Shown here: in pieces, positions 49,510-62,174 of the stretch
Layout: the number at the start of each line of letters is the position of its first letter
Numbering within the stretch: position 1 is the stretch's first letter
Assembly (NCBI GenBank): GCA_964255285.1
Contig: CAXUUL010000019.1
Coordinates: 1-63,934, forward strand
Length of the DNA stretch: 63,934 nt
Origin: Ionaspis alba
Lineage: Eukaryota
Reading direction: 5' to 3'
Notes under the pieces: generated by a model
Database searches by the model: none
What the model was told of the DNA's origin: nothing
What the model saw: only the letters and a program-made list of their open reading frames with translations
Program-made: the position numbers and the translations under genes

Positions 49510-52500
49510 TCACTCCACCCCATCATTAACAACCACAATCTCACTCTCCAATACCGGCGTCCCCAGCGCCTCCATGATCCTCATAGCACTAGCGGTAGCT
49601 GGCGTATTCTGCAAGTAAAACACATCCTCACCAGGAGGAACAGTTCTATCCATAGCCTTCTCAAAAGTCCAAACTCTCACCGAATGCTCGGTATCATGCA
49701 GTAGAAGTGTAAGATGCTCGACGCGCGTTCTGATGGCCTTCGATTGCTCTGCGGCCACAGCCCAGACGCTTGAGAGTCTTTCAACTATAGCGAGTCCGCT
49801 GTTTATGAGGCATAGCGTGTCGGCGAAGACGAAAGAATCGACGGTACCAGCAGCGCTGAGGATGTCGATGGCGTAGAGGATTGCGAAGCTGAGAACGGGT
49901 GTGGAGAGGAGAGGTAGTAGGGCTCTTGGTGAGATATCGGATGTTGTGTCAGTCGATGGCTCTGTGATTTCAAGGATCTTTCCCATATTGGTAAGGAGTA
50001 ATCGAGCGTGTTTGACTGCGGTCTGTATGTTGCGGTTTATAAAGGATGCTTGGAGATGTGGATGGCGAATCTGGCGATTGAGGATCATGATAGTGAGATG
50101 GCAGAGGGAGTGGATAGTCATAAAGGAGCCGAGATTGCCCTGTTCGATGCTAGCATGGATATTTGCTTTGGAGAACTGCAAGGTTGAAGGAAGCGCCGAG
50201 ATCCAGGCTTCAAGTCGATGTCTAATGTCCTCGTAGAAGCCATCGTACTCTGCCAAGTAGGACTGAGGTGCTGCGTGTCTCCATCGAGTTGCGTGTGAAG
50301 TCACGTCGCTCCATATGGTACAAATATTGACTTCGCAAGCCATGATGCTTGGTTCCGATACAGGATCTCCGGATGTCAATACCTTGTCAACGATACCGTT
50401 GTCGAAGAAGGGTGTTTGTGAGCCGATTTGACTCTCGTAAAGGTCATCGCAGCAAGGGAGCTTGACAAAGACGTTTTCTTTCTGGAGAACAGGAGGACAA
50501 TTGACACGGTATCCGATATAACGCTACGCATTGTCAGCTCGATGTTGATACAGAGAACCGGCTGGTACTTACATCCATCAGAAAGACAGACCAATAAGTC
50601 CTTCGATGACATTCAGCCAGACCATGTCGATTAAGTCCAAAGCAAAACAATGCACCGTCGTCACCACGATCAGTAACAGCTTCATCCAAATCGAGCTGAA
50701 GACATGTAGTAGTACTGGCTGCAGATGCACAGTACCCCCAAGCCTTTGTCTGATCACCCAACGCTGAATGATACAGTGCAAGGAGCACTCTGCTCTGCAC
50801 AAGCTGCAGATTTGGCCGCCCATGCCTTCTTTCCACGGCAGTTTCCGCAATTCCGGCGAACACCTTCCCCTCGGACTTGCTGTGCTGTCGCGTTGAAAAG
50901 ACTGATGCTACTGCAAGCATGGCGTAGACCACCATCAGCTCGGTAGAGGACTTGTTCTTCGCAGTCCGCATCCAATGTTTGAAGGTATCCGGTGGGAAGA
51001 GCCGGCAGGATGCTGCATTCACGTTGAGAAAGTACAGATCTATGTACTGAAGAGCCAAATCGTGGTCGATCAAGCAAGGGTCGTCTTGTTCGCTGAACTC
51101 TGGTGGGCTTTCCATGTCAGACATGTCTTCTGATGGCGTGAGAGGAAGATCTCCATTCTCGGCAGGCGTATCACCGAACTTAGCATCTTGAGATTGATGG
51201 TGGTGATGAGTCTCTGATTCTCCATTTGACAACCGTCGTCTCTTTGAACTGAGCTGAGAGGTGCTAACCAACTGATCCGAGTCTCGTCGTCTCTTCGACG
51301 TTCCAGGAAGAGCTGACTTGCTTTTGTGTACAACATGCGAATTTGACCTCGCCGCCTCGGCATGATCTGTGTAAGGAGAAGGCATGCTATCGAAATGAGA
51401 TTCGGTCGGGGCTGTCATGGACGATGGAGTACGCGCCTGTTGCTCGTAAGAAATGGAGTTAGGACTATTGTGTTGACCACGAACTCTATGAAGAATAAAT
51501 CAGTTAGAAATGAAGGAAGAAAGGCTTATGCAATAAGCAACAAGAATACTAGCTGAGGTGACAGCAAGTATGACAACAGGAGAAATCGAACATCCATTAG
51601 AAACAGCTCAAGAAATTCTCTACTAAACGTGCATTTCTCGTAAAAATGATCGATTGAGACGCAGAAGGAGAAAGAAGAGGAAGCCTCACGCAGATTGAAA
51701 GCGACACTCTCTACCCGACTTATCACACTGCAAGCACTTCGGCTCATTAGGATCACACTTAATCTTCTTCTCGCGACAAGTCATGCAAGCAACAGCCAGT
51801 CGTTTCCGAGGCTTGCCTGCCTTCGTGATGCCCCAATGCGCATTGACAATCTCTCCGTCGATGACTTTCTTGACGCGAGACCCATCTTCGTAGATGTAGC
51901 AAACACCCTCTCCAGGGATATTCTCCTCTCTGATGAACTTCGGAAGTGGTTTGACATTGCCAGCGTGATGATCGCTTGTAGAGGGAGCTGATGTCGAATG
52001 CGGGCTTGCCGTCGAGCTGCCGTGGGAATTGTGCTGCGGATACCATTGCTGAGATGCCATGGAAGCTCCCCGTGGTAGATCGGTGTTTCGAGAATGTAAG
52101 CTAGGACTGTTCCTATACGCTGTATCGTTGCTGAAAGATTGAGCTTGCTGGTAATGCTGGTATTGTAATGGACTCGGTTCGGTGTGCAAGGCATGTCTTC
52201 CATGAAAGGAATATTGAGGATGGACCGTTCTAGAATTGTCGTAGGCTGCTGGAAAATAACCGTTCTCCTGCCTGGTGTACTGCAAGCCATGGGCGACATT
52301 GTTCTGCGAGGTCGAAGTCACAGGGCGAGAGTCTGCCGGAGGCCCTGAGGTCGAGTGCTGAGGGAAGTTGAAAGGAGAGACTACACCAGGTAGTGACCCT
52401 GGAGTAAGAAGCTGACTAACGGGTGGCAGCTTCTCTCTCACGTCGTCTCTCCCGCCATGGTGAGATCTGTGCGGTTGGTTCCCATTTTCGTATCGCGTCG

Positions 52501-52687
52501 GATCCGAAAATCCTAGTATCTTGCTATCACTTCCGAAATTGAGATTCGCTGGTATAGGAAGTAGAGGGAGCGCGTGTGATACCATCTTCGCATTGGAGGA
52601 ACTCGGGGACAGTGAACGGAATCCCGACTCTTCTAACGATGGAAGAGGCAGTATCCTCCCGAATGGTCCCACGTAGGTAGTTGACAT
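49510..52687 (-). CDS. Zn(II)2Cys6 transcription factor with a fungal-specific TF domain (3 exons)
   Basis: ACMTCREKKIKCDPNEPKCLQCDKSGREC; upstream VNAHWGITKAGKPRKRLA; middle-homology region ECHRRTYWSVFLMD. Confidence 0.95.
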
Positions 52688-53774
52688 AGGTCAACTTGAT
52701 GCCCAGTAACTTCGGAGCGCGGTTGCCTTCAGCAGAGCAATCATATAGCACACTCCCGACAAGATTGAAACCCCATTCCAGTCAACGAACGACCTTGTCC
52801 TTCGCAGCCAAGTGTGCCCTTCAGTCCTTGATGGACTCAACTGGGACTTGGAGGATCAATTCTCGACGAGCTTATTGGCAGTCACCCTAATACGAGGTTC
52901 GAAAACTTGCTCAGTGATAGACAGACTTCTCAGCGCTCAACTATGAAGTCGAATTGATCAGCCCTGCTTGTGAACGAGAGTCCCTGGGTAGGTGCCTCCG
53001 AGTTGGTAGTTAGATAAGTACCTGTCTGACATCGAAGTATCTTTCGGTGGTATCAATTCATTGCTAGTACAGTCATCTAATCAAAGGAGTGTGATGATGT
53101 CCAATAGCAAAACACCAAAGAAGAGAGTGAGATTCGTCAAAGGGATCAATGCTATAAAGCCAATCTAGATGACTCAAGTCTTCCTCACACAAGAAAGCGT
53201 ACGTTGTGATGACCAAGGGCGGGAGCGATATAGGCAAGTCGGGCATATATGGGGAGGGATTATATTGGACCAGGGTCGATCAAAGTCGATCCACTCGACT
53301 CTGCTGCGGCGAAAACAAAAGTGCATGTAAGCGCAGCAAAGCCAAAGTGGGAGCCGGCTTAGTTGTTTCCTGAAAATCTGCAGCCCTATTCGAAGGGCCG
53401 GGGATTGGGGATTTTTGCAAATGAGACACACACGAGACGGGTAGAAAGGTGGATGGTGGCTGCGGAACGAAGACGAGGGCATATGTGCGAGGTGCAGCCG
53501 AATGCAGATGTCAGAAGCAAATCGCAGATGTGGTGGACGAACATGCAGGAAGCAAGAGATATTCGGGGGGACATGGGCATGATGTTGGAAAGAGGTGATG
53601 ATCACCGAGAAGAATGGTGAAGGGGCATGATTCCGCGTTTCCTTGCTCCGTCGGTTCGAGGACCCCGGAGATCAACGGTCTGAGGGTCAAGGGAGAAAGA
53701 GACAACAAAGCAAAGGAGATCAGATGGGAGGGGGAAAGGTGTAAGAATGGTTAGACTGGCCAATGTGGATGAGA

Positions 53775-54150
53775 ATGTGNNNNNNNNNNNNNNNNNNNNN
53801 NNNNNNNNNNNNNNNNNNNNNNNNNNNNNNNNNNNNNNNNNNNNNNNNNNNNNNNNNNNNNNNNNNNNNNNNNNNNNNNATGTGTGTGTGAGTAGCATGG
53901 AGAATTGGGCAGGCAAGAGATGGCGAGACAAGGCGTTCGGACAACGGTCAACGCTGCATCCCTAGCCTTGCTTCCCATCCTCGCCATGGGCCGTTCAATG
54001 CCTTCCAATACCAGGCCGAGAAGCGCTTTGATCCCATTTCTCGGATTCTAGAAATTGAGGGAGGGGGATTCCCTGGGGGTATGTGTGGTGGAGGGATGGA
54101 ACAGAGAGAAAGAGAGTGTGTGAGTGAGTGCGTGTGTGTGTGGGTGGGTG
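53775..54150. repeat. GT/GA microsatellites, one spanning a gap, upstream of the Zn2Cys6 gene
   Basis: atgtg[N100]atgtgtgtgtgag and gagagtgtgtgagtgagtgcgtgtgtgtgtgggtgggtgg. Confidence 0.85.
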
Positions 54151-55094
54151 GACCGTGTGGCAGGTTGTGGTTGTGTTACTAGACAGACCCTCGGTGCTTG
54201 CAAGGGGGGCCATAATCCCTAATCGGCCAGTCATTCGTCTCGGCATTGCGTTCGACTGCGGAAAGGGACTCTGTTCCGCTTTGGCTTGCCGGGTAAGGAC
54301 CCGTTGTTGTTCTTCTTTCTTTGTGTGCTTGTCTGTGTGCCTCGTACCAGTTACTTCGTTCCCACTAGGACACGCTACCAGCTGGTAGCAAGCGAGCTCG
54401 TTGATCAAATCGGTACGGATGGACCGAATGATGGGCGGCTCGACTGCATAGTTTGCATGGAACTTGCAACAGTGGCGCTATCTCCATCCTTGGCTCTGGG
54501 ACAAAAAGAAAGAAAGGAAGCAAGCAGGCAGGAAAGATACCGCGCATGCGAGGGCTAAGAGGCCGAGGTCAACGGTACCATTTCCGTGCTGTGCAGATAT
54601 CTTTCCTCATCCAGCAATTGCATGACAGCCAGAATGGCGATGCAATCGTGCGTGGCTTATGGGGTCGATCGCAGGCGTGGGTCAATCCTAGGGAGTAGGT
54701 ACAGTCGATACTGGGATGGACTTGATTGCTTCGGATGATTTCATGGCTGGGCGAGGTTATGCGGAAGGACGAGGGGGAACGGCGCTGTCGATTAGGCTGA
54801 TCGTTGTCGCTAAAACCCACGTGGCAAGAGAGCAGAGCCGACGGGGGTTTCAGCGGCCAAAGGTCAGCATCATCCCGGTCCTGACCAGGCGATAAGCAAT
54901 GCGACGAGTATACAAGTGGGCATAGTCTCCGACGACATGTAAGCGATCTGATACACATAGTTGTTGTTGCTCCGTCGCGTGCTGGTGCAGGATCGCATTG
55001 GATCGGGATCTCATCTCATCGCATCGCATTACCATCACAATCAATCACATCGGCTGTTTTCCCCATTACTACCACCATCATCTCTCTATCGTCA

Positions 55095-55112
55095 CCCCTG
55101 ACCCTAACCCTA
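55095..55112 (+). repeat. Interstitial telomere-like repeat (ACCCTA)2 preceded by a degenerate CCCCTG
   Basis: cccctgACCCTAACCCTAg is the complement of TTAGGG repeats. Confidence 0.7.
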
Positions 55113-58100
55113 GATGTTATGATGACTTACCCTCCCCAACCCGCACTAGGAGAGTTTTCTCATAGCCGCGACCTTACAGAGTAGGAAGGAAGCAGGGCAA
55201 GAAGGCACGAAAAGGCGATAATGACGACTGGCGATGCTAAGCTCGAAGCGCTAGGAGGCCGCCTACCGGCGCTAAATCGATTAGTCCGTCCGTGTCGAGT
55301 TCCGTCCGCCTCTTTCTCTCTTTCTCGGCCGTTTCCAGAACTTCAATATTGCCACCTCTGCTACCTATGCAACTAAGTGTACACATTCTCGGCAATGAGC
55401 TTGTTAGTTGACATTGTTGTTTGAATATGCCAATGTGCCTCCACACGGCTCGAAAAACTCCATGATTGGTATTGCATTGCCACCTTACGAAGCCTCTTCG
55501 TCATTTTGCGAGGATGGAAAAGGATAACCGCCCTTGCCTCAGGTATAGTATAGTGATCCTTCGGTCTACCGACTCTCGGGTCAAAGGCATGCACGAAAGG
55601 GATGATGGTACCCTATGTTGGTACATCTTCAAGTGCCTCAATTGCCTTCCAACCGGTGTCTCATACCAAGGATGGCACAAGAGTGGGATGATCGACTCTG
55701 CCGCCGCCTTGCAGCGCCGTGCAGCGCACCCGTGGGTGCAGTGTACGTACGGTACGTCGTTCACGACAATTCGATTCTCACCGAGCGGTGCGCTTCGTCT
55801 CGTGTTTGATGTCTGTATGTGTTGTCGTCTGCTCCTGCTCCCAGCAACCAGAGAATTTGTCCACCACCCCTTCCGCATTGCATGGAAGTTGCCTTGTTTA
55901 ATTTATGCCGCTGGCCGGTGGCCGCAGTTCGCGCATCTGCTTTCTTTGGCTCAAAGTCTATTTCCCACATTTCCTCCCATCCGACCCGCCAATCGACTGT
56001 TACCCGATAGTCAGGGTTGGATCCCTGATGAGGATGATCGACTTTGCAGTTATAGCACCGGCACTCAGACAACGACGGCCTAGTTATGGGGATCTCCCTA
56101 CCGGCAATTGACCACCGCATTCACTCGAGCGCCGCAGCATAACCGAACAAATGGCGGCAACTTGTCCTACTCCCGTTTTACACTTTCGGTCTCGTCTTTC
56201 CCTTCTGCGTTGTTCCAGCACTGCCGAATGTTGCGTGGATCATTCGGCTCATCCTACTGTTCCGAATTGTATTCACAACATAATCTCCGAGTTGTTGCAT
56301 GAAGTGTGCATTAGCTGTTACAACCCTTTTTGCCGATCCTAGCACTCATTCCACATTGCGCATCTAATGGTCTCCCAACTTACTCTGGCCAAAGCAATAG
56401 AAGCAAGTGACTTCCGTGCGAGATGTTGGAATGAACTCGTGATGCTTACTGTGGTATGGCCATTGAGTAAAAATAATCAATGTGCGGCTTTTTTCCCGAG
56501 CGGCAAAATCAAGCCAGCGTGACTAATTGCTCGCTCCACTTCTTGAGCTTTACTTTCGTGGAGGACTCTTTTTCGTGTCAAAGAAGTTCTGTGGTATCCT
56601 TGATCACTTCGCATTAGAATGGCCTGCCCATTGCTACTCTCGCAAGTCGCTGAAAAGTCGTGGGTGGAACAGTCAGCTGAACTTTGACCGATCGATCTCG
56701 ACCGTTAGATTCAACGGCGGTTAGATGGAACACAAAGTCAGCGACGCAACCCTAAGCTGCTGCATAGGATGATTGAGCAGCAATACATGCTGATTTTTAT
56801 CAGATTCTATTCGCGATAAGCCTTGCTCGGTACTGCCGCCGCCTTTTCGCCGTCCTTTATATCGCCCCACCTGTATGGCTAGTATCTCAGCCACAAGTCG
56901 CGATCCAGATGAAGTACCCTGGCCAGAGCGACGTTCGAGAGCCTGTCAAACCAGAGCGATGTGGAATCACGGTTCCTACAGGTAAACCGATGAGCCAGCG
57001 AATCCAGGCCAGCTGAATACGAGAGTCGTGCCGCCATGAGCTCTAATCGAATCCTTCCACTGGGAACAACAATAAACAAATTCGCAAATGGCCGGCTCGA
57101 GACTCGACGCTTATTCCTGGATCATCGTGCTAACCAGATAACTTGAACCTGTTGATTCAAAGCTCCTGAGTCAGCCACGAATACGATCATCCTGTCCAGC
57201 ACTACATATGAGGTGATACGTACCATACCCAGATCCCAGCGGTTAAGGTTGCTCCATATCTCCTCATGCCGATCGTTTCGAGCAGATCACTGATGTTGCA
57301 CAACATGTTGAGAAACGCCTCGGTTGGAGAAGAAAGGATTCAACTAAGTTTTCGGCCCATTCCTTCCGAGTGGTCTTTGTGTACTCATTCCTGCTGGGCC
57401 AGGCAACTGCCTATGTAGCCTTTGTGCATGATACTTTAGCAGCAACGTGCCTGCATGTAGTTTACTGAGCGTTGTAATCATCTGCTGCATTAAAGAATCC
57501 AACGGTAACTTTGAGATCGTACCAGAGCTTTCGACTGTCTTTCTCGATCCGGATGCTTGTATTCAAGTTGGATAGGTATTGCTCATGGTTTGATCGTCTT
57601 GGAATTTGCTTCATGGATAGGCTGGTCACGCTGGTCTAGCAGTTCGCTCAACCTGCTAGAAGCCAGAACTCGTAGGCTCTCGCTATTCAGACCATAGAAG
57701 CATGTCAAGCTTCTCTTCCCGGTACTACTGCTCCTGCTGTCTCTTCCATCTACCCCACGTCGAGCGTGCAGCCGAATTCCGCTCGACGCTTCGACTTCCC
57801 TCAAGATCGCACCCCAGTCTAAAGCTCGCAAAGTAATCCGATTGGCCAACGATGTCGTCAGATCTCATCTTCCGAGCTTGGCGTGCAGGCCGACACCCTC
57901 GTATGCGTACCTGTGCCTCATTATGCGCACGACTCACATGTACCGCAGCTTCACCCATTCTTTGCTTCTATAATCTCAAATACTTAACTCACCGGTCCCG
58001 TCCCTGGCTGCAGCAACAAGCAGCAACAAAGCATGCACAACCACTTGCTGCCCCACTCCTCCAGCATGACCCTCTCATCATCTTGCACGTTCCATTCTTC

Positions 58101-60600
58101 CCCAGAATCAGGTTCATCATCGATTCTGGAAGGCGATAATCGCAGACTCCGAAACACAGATGCTTGTCCTGTCACTAGCTGGGATACTGCAATCACTGGT
58201 CAATCTTATCGCGCGCCATCCAATGAACTCCATCGGCTATTTTACCCATCTGCTCATCCTCCCTCCTCTCCACTCTACACGAGATGATGATCTACGGCGC
58301 AGTACCGAGCCAGCCTTTATCGACGGCAGTAACACTTTAGTGCATGGCTCCTGCTACATTCCCTGCCTCATCCACGGTACTCTGAACAGCTTGCCGTCTC
58401 TCCAAGCTGGCGAACCGAACTTAAGCTCCTCCACCTGCCTCTCCTGGGTGCCTATCGGTGGCGCCTAGGAGGCTAGAAGTCAGACCACAATCATTTCGGC
58501 TTTGTTCGCTTGAACCGTGACCTGACGACGACGGTGCATGGTTCAGACCGGGAGACATCAGATGCCGCTCAACAGACTTATTGTGGGGTGATCGTCCACG
58601 TCCAGAAAAGCCCTGACCACCTCTTGTGTGTCCTCGATCGTGGCAACGATAGGCTGCCCTGACTTCCTGTCAAGACTTCCCCATGGCGTGCCTCCCAATC
58701 CCCCAGAAGCAGTGCTTTGAGATCGCTGGTAGGTCGGAAGCACCTCCATTACTTGCAAGTGATGATGGCACGGCAGCAGGTGGTGGAATCGGCAGTTTGC
58801 ATGGTTTCTGGGGAAATTGGAGAAAAGGGTGTACTGGGATTCGTAACAGCTTTACAGTATCACCTCGGGAGACGACTCTGCCCGGGGCGCTTTGGTGTAA
58901 CGACATCACCTCGTCTGAGGCAAGGAAGGAAACAGCCAAACGGATGGTGGTCCTTATCCAATTTCAATGTCCTTGCAACCAAGTGGTACTGTTTGAAGGA
59001 CTACCTACCTTGCGAATTACGGTAAGAGACTTCGGGAGATGAGAACTCGCTCTCGATCATGCGAAAATCTGTCTCCATCAGCGATGCAGGTCGTTGTTGC
59101 GAGTCTACTTTGAACCACACGTTCATGTATCTAGCAACAACAGAAGCAGCTTCTGCCGTACATCATTCTCACACCGCCAATTCTACCCTTCTGCATCCTC
59201 TCCATGCACACAACCGATGGCTCTCCAATTCAACGTACAGCCGTTCAGCGCTGTCCTCCCACAAAATGAAGAAGAAAAACGAAAAAAAGGACCACATAGC
59301 ATGATGCCGGCAAAAGCCGCTCCAAGTGCCTCCTCCAATTTTCTACAAGCAAACCATTCCCGACATCAACCGAGATCATGCATTGAAGGACCCCAGAGAT
59401 GATGCTGGCAGGCTTCATGCATTCTAGTGCACGAGCATTACTCCACTATGCCGATGGAGCATGAGCATTATGCAGGCTTGCATTGAGTGCATAACATCCT
59501 CATCTGCTTCGATCTTCCTCTCCTCCATCTCCTCTTCGTCCTTCATCAACCGGGATTCTGGTGAATGGCTTGCCTATATTGTTTGATCCACATTGCCTTG
59601 AAATTCGTTCGGTATTTGTGTCGAGCAGGGATGAATAAGTAATTGCAGATTTCACTACCATGGCTTACGCCTGCCAGTATGGCGATCAGTCGTACATTAT
59701 GCTCGCTATGTCATATATTTCTCATCGCTCCATGACAAATTTTGTCACACGTTGGTGGAAATGATGTACCAACCTAAGCTTGAACCTCCAAGAGCATCGG
59801 GTTCTAGGCACCGCTGATCTTCGTTGCTTTTTGCTAATTTCGCAAGACCATGCACTTTCTCTTCTCAAAGATCGAGATAGCCGTTTCTGAGCTATTTCGC
59901 TTTGTTACTTGAATGATAGTCCTCAAGTTTCGATTTGAAGGCGTTGTGGTTACACAGGGACTTTATTTCGGAATTTCTTTGTTTGTTCGGTTGAGCCGAA
60001 GCGACGTTCTCGCTGAGTGACCCAGCTCTACAATTCACTGAAAAACACCAACTTTGTGTGCCTAATCATCAATAGCCTCATACATCAATGCCTCCAACTT
60101 ACCCAATAATGCATTCTTCGCATAGAAACTGAGCCTCTGAATTTTCAATTCGCTCTAATGGGCGGAATGGGTGAAAACGACATCACTATGCTTTCACAGC
60201 ATCTCGCACGAATCTGTCCCACCCCCGGAATGTATACAGAAAAGAGTTTGGGAACAGCGTCGTTCTTTGTGTGAAGTCTATTCCGTGCTTCACGATCTGT
60301 CCAGTACTACCAACTCAGAAACAACCACACTCTATTCTCATGGTAGCAGCCAAAGTTTCTCCTGACCTACAATCAATTACCTTTCGTCGCTCATTGACCT
60401 TTTTGCTCAGTCCTCGAACCTCTTCTCGCGAATCAAGAACCTCTTTATTCCTGCCAACCCAGCAGCGACTCCCCTCTTATATCTCCCACTATCTCTCCAT
60501 ATCCTCACCAAGTCCTTTCACCCTGCAACGCTTTCTAGCAACGAAATTTCTCTTTCCCACACAATCTCTCCAAAGCCAAAATACAACCTAATTGACCACA

Positions 60601-61926
60601 ATGGCCTCATCCCCACCCGTATCTTACTCCCGCGTCCCTCCCTACACCACGAAACCGGACCTAGGCAGCCAAGCCTCCCTCATGTCCTCGCCACCCCTCT
60701 ACGATGCTTCCGACAGCCACAACAGCAACAGTCGCTCCTATCTCCCCGCCTGTCTCCGCATCGCCCTCTGGCTAGGCCACGCTACACTGCTCACAATCTG
60801 CACCATCATGCTCGTTCAGATGGCCAGACTCAATACCTCTACTGAAGCCGGTACGACCCTTCTGATCCTGCTTAGCAGATGTTGAGGCCATACGTGCGCG
60901 AGTATCCAGCTGACTGACAAGGCGGACTACCAGCCCCTCAAGTCTCAATTGAGTCAGCCGTCTACACTTCTGCGCCCACGAACGTGTCGAACATTTACCT
61001 TGCCGATCCGTCAAAGCCTTACCTCAGTGAGTGGCGTGGTCCGGCCAAGAGCGCGCTGGATGCGGCGTGGAGACGGATTTCAGAGAACGGTATTTTGAGG
61101 CCGGGTTTTTCTTTACATATCGATCACCTTGCCGTTTCAATGATCCTAGCAACAGCATTGCCCCCCTCCCCCTTCACCAGGTCTCCTTCTACTCAAGTCG
61201 TTTCTTCCTCCTACTCCCTCTTCGCAGTTCCACCATCGACTTACTTTTTGCAAACTAGTCGCGCCCATCACAGTCCCCATCTCGACCATGACGGCCGTCG
61301 ACGAAGCCGCTTTCGAGGAAATGCCGGCCGAGGTGCAGGAAAAAGGCGGGTTGTTCGTCAGTCCGGAGAGTTTCCACCAGTTGCATTGTTTGGTGAGTCC
61401 TCTCTTCCCATTTCCCGCACTTTCTCGTGGATTGTTGTACCGATTATCTCTTGAGGAGAAGAATGCTGAAGAGGTGAATGAAATAGAATCTACTACGCCA
61501 GCAGATCTTCCGGAACTACTACGAGGGCTGGTCGCCTACTTTTGGGAACGAGCCGAGGGACTGTCGGATTCATTTTGGTGAGTCGTGCGCTTCGTTGTTC
61601 TATGCCTGGCTTGTTGTGGAGTGGACTTTAGATGAATGCCTTCACTGACTGTCCGGGGTCTTCTAGAGCACTGCGTTAACGTAAGCCTCGCTCTTCCGTC
61701 CACTCTGTTCGAAAGCTGCGGTCCGATCGGTGCATAGATGATGCTGACAGGGAATCTAGATGCTTACGGAATCGCTACTTTATTCCGAGCACGCTAATGC
61801 TGTGATGGCAACTGATTTGATTGGAGGTATGAAATGCGTTCTTACTTGATGCAAAGACTGCTGTTTGTGGTGAAGTGGGAGTGTCTGGAGATAAGAGAGA
61901 AGTGTAGAGAAAAACGTTGGGGATGA
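60601..61926 (+). CDS. UstYa/DUF3328-family oxidase (at least 6 exons; 3' end degenerate or uncertain)
   Basis: N-terminal TM helix; WRGPAKSALDAAWRRI; FHQLHCL|NLLRQ (HxxHC 1); IHF|EHCVN (HxxHC 2). All upstream exons splice in frame via GT-AG introns. Confidence 0.85.
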
Positions 61927-62174
61927 GGATGGAGACGGAACTGGCGTATTAAAGGCGAGACTTGTGCTAGAAGTCTCTACAAGTCACTCGCTTTAGTTGG
62001 GCAATGTTATTCATGATCAAGTATCTGATTGAGAAGTCGCGTCTCTACAATCATGCAAGTACCTCACGAGGTGATTACCAAAGAACTTGTGCAATGACCT
62101 CAGTCAAACACAGCCAATTCCAGCACTCGCTCAAGCACGTGATCCCCTCAAGTGTCACAAAAGGCTTTCAATCT

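Larger units (their letters stand above)
21501..53879. other. Seven 100-N scaffold gaps (21501, 25856, 29780, 34528, 41663, 47459, 53780)
   Basis: Runs of exactly 100 N; the gaps at 21501, 41663 and 47459 have identical 55-nt sequence on both sides. Confidence 0.97.

Noticed and set aside
55466..56083. 205-aa ORF in the gene desert
   Set aside because: Non-ATG start, random-like composition and no motif.
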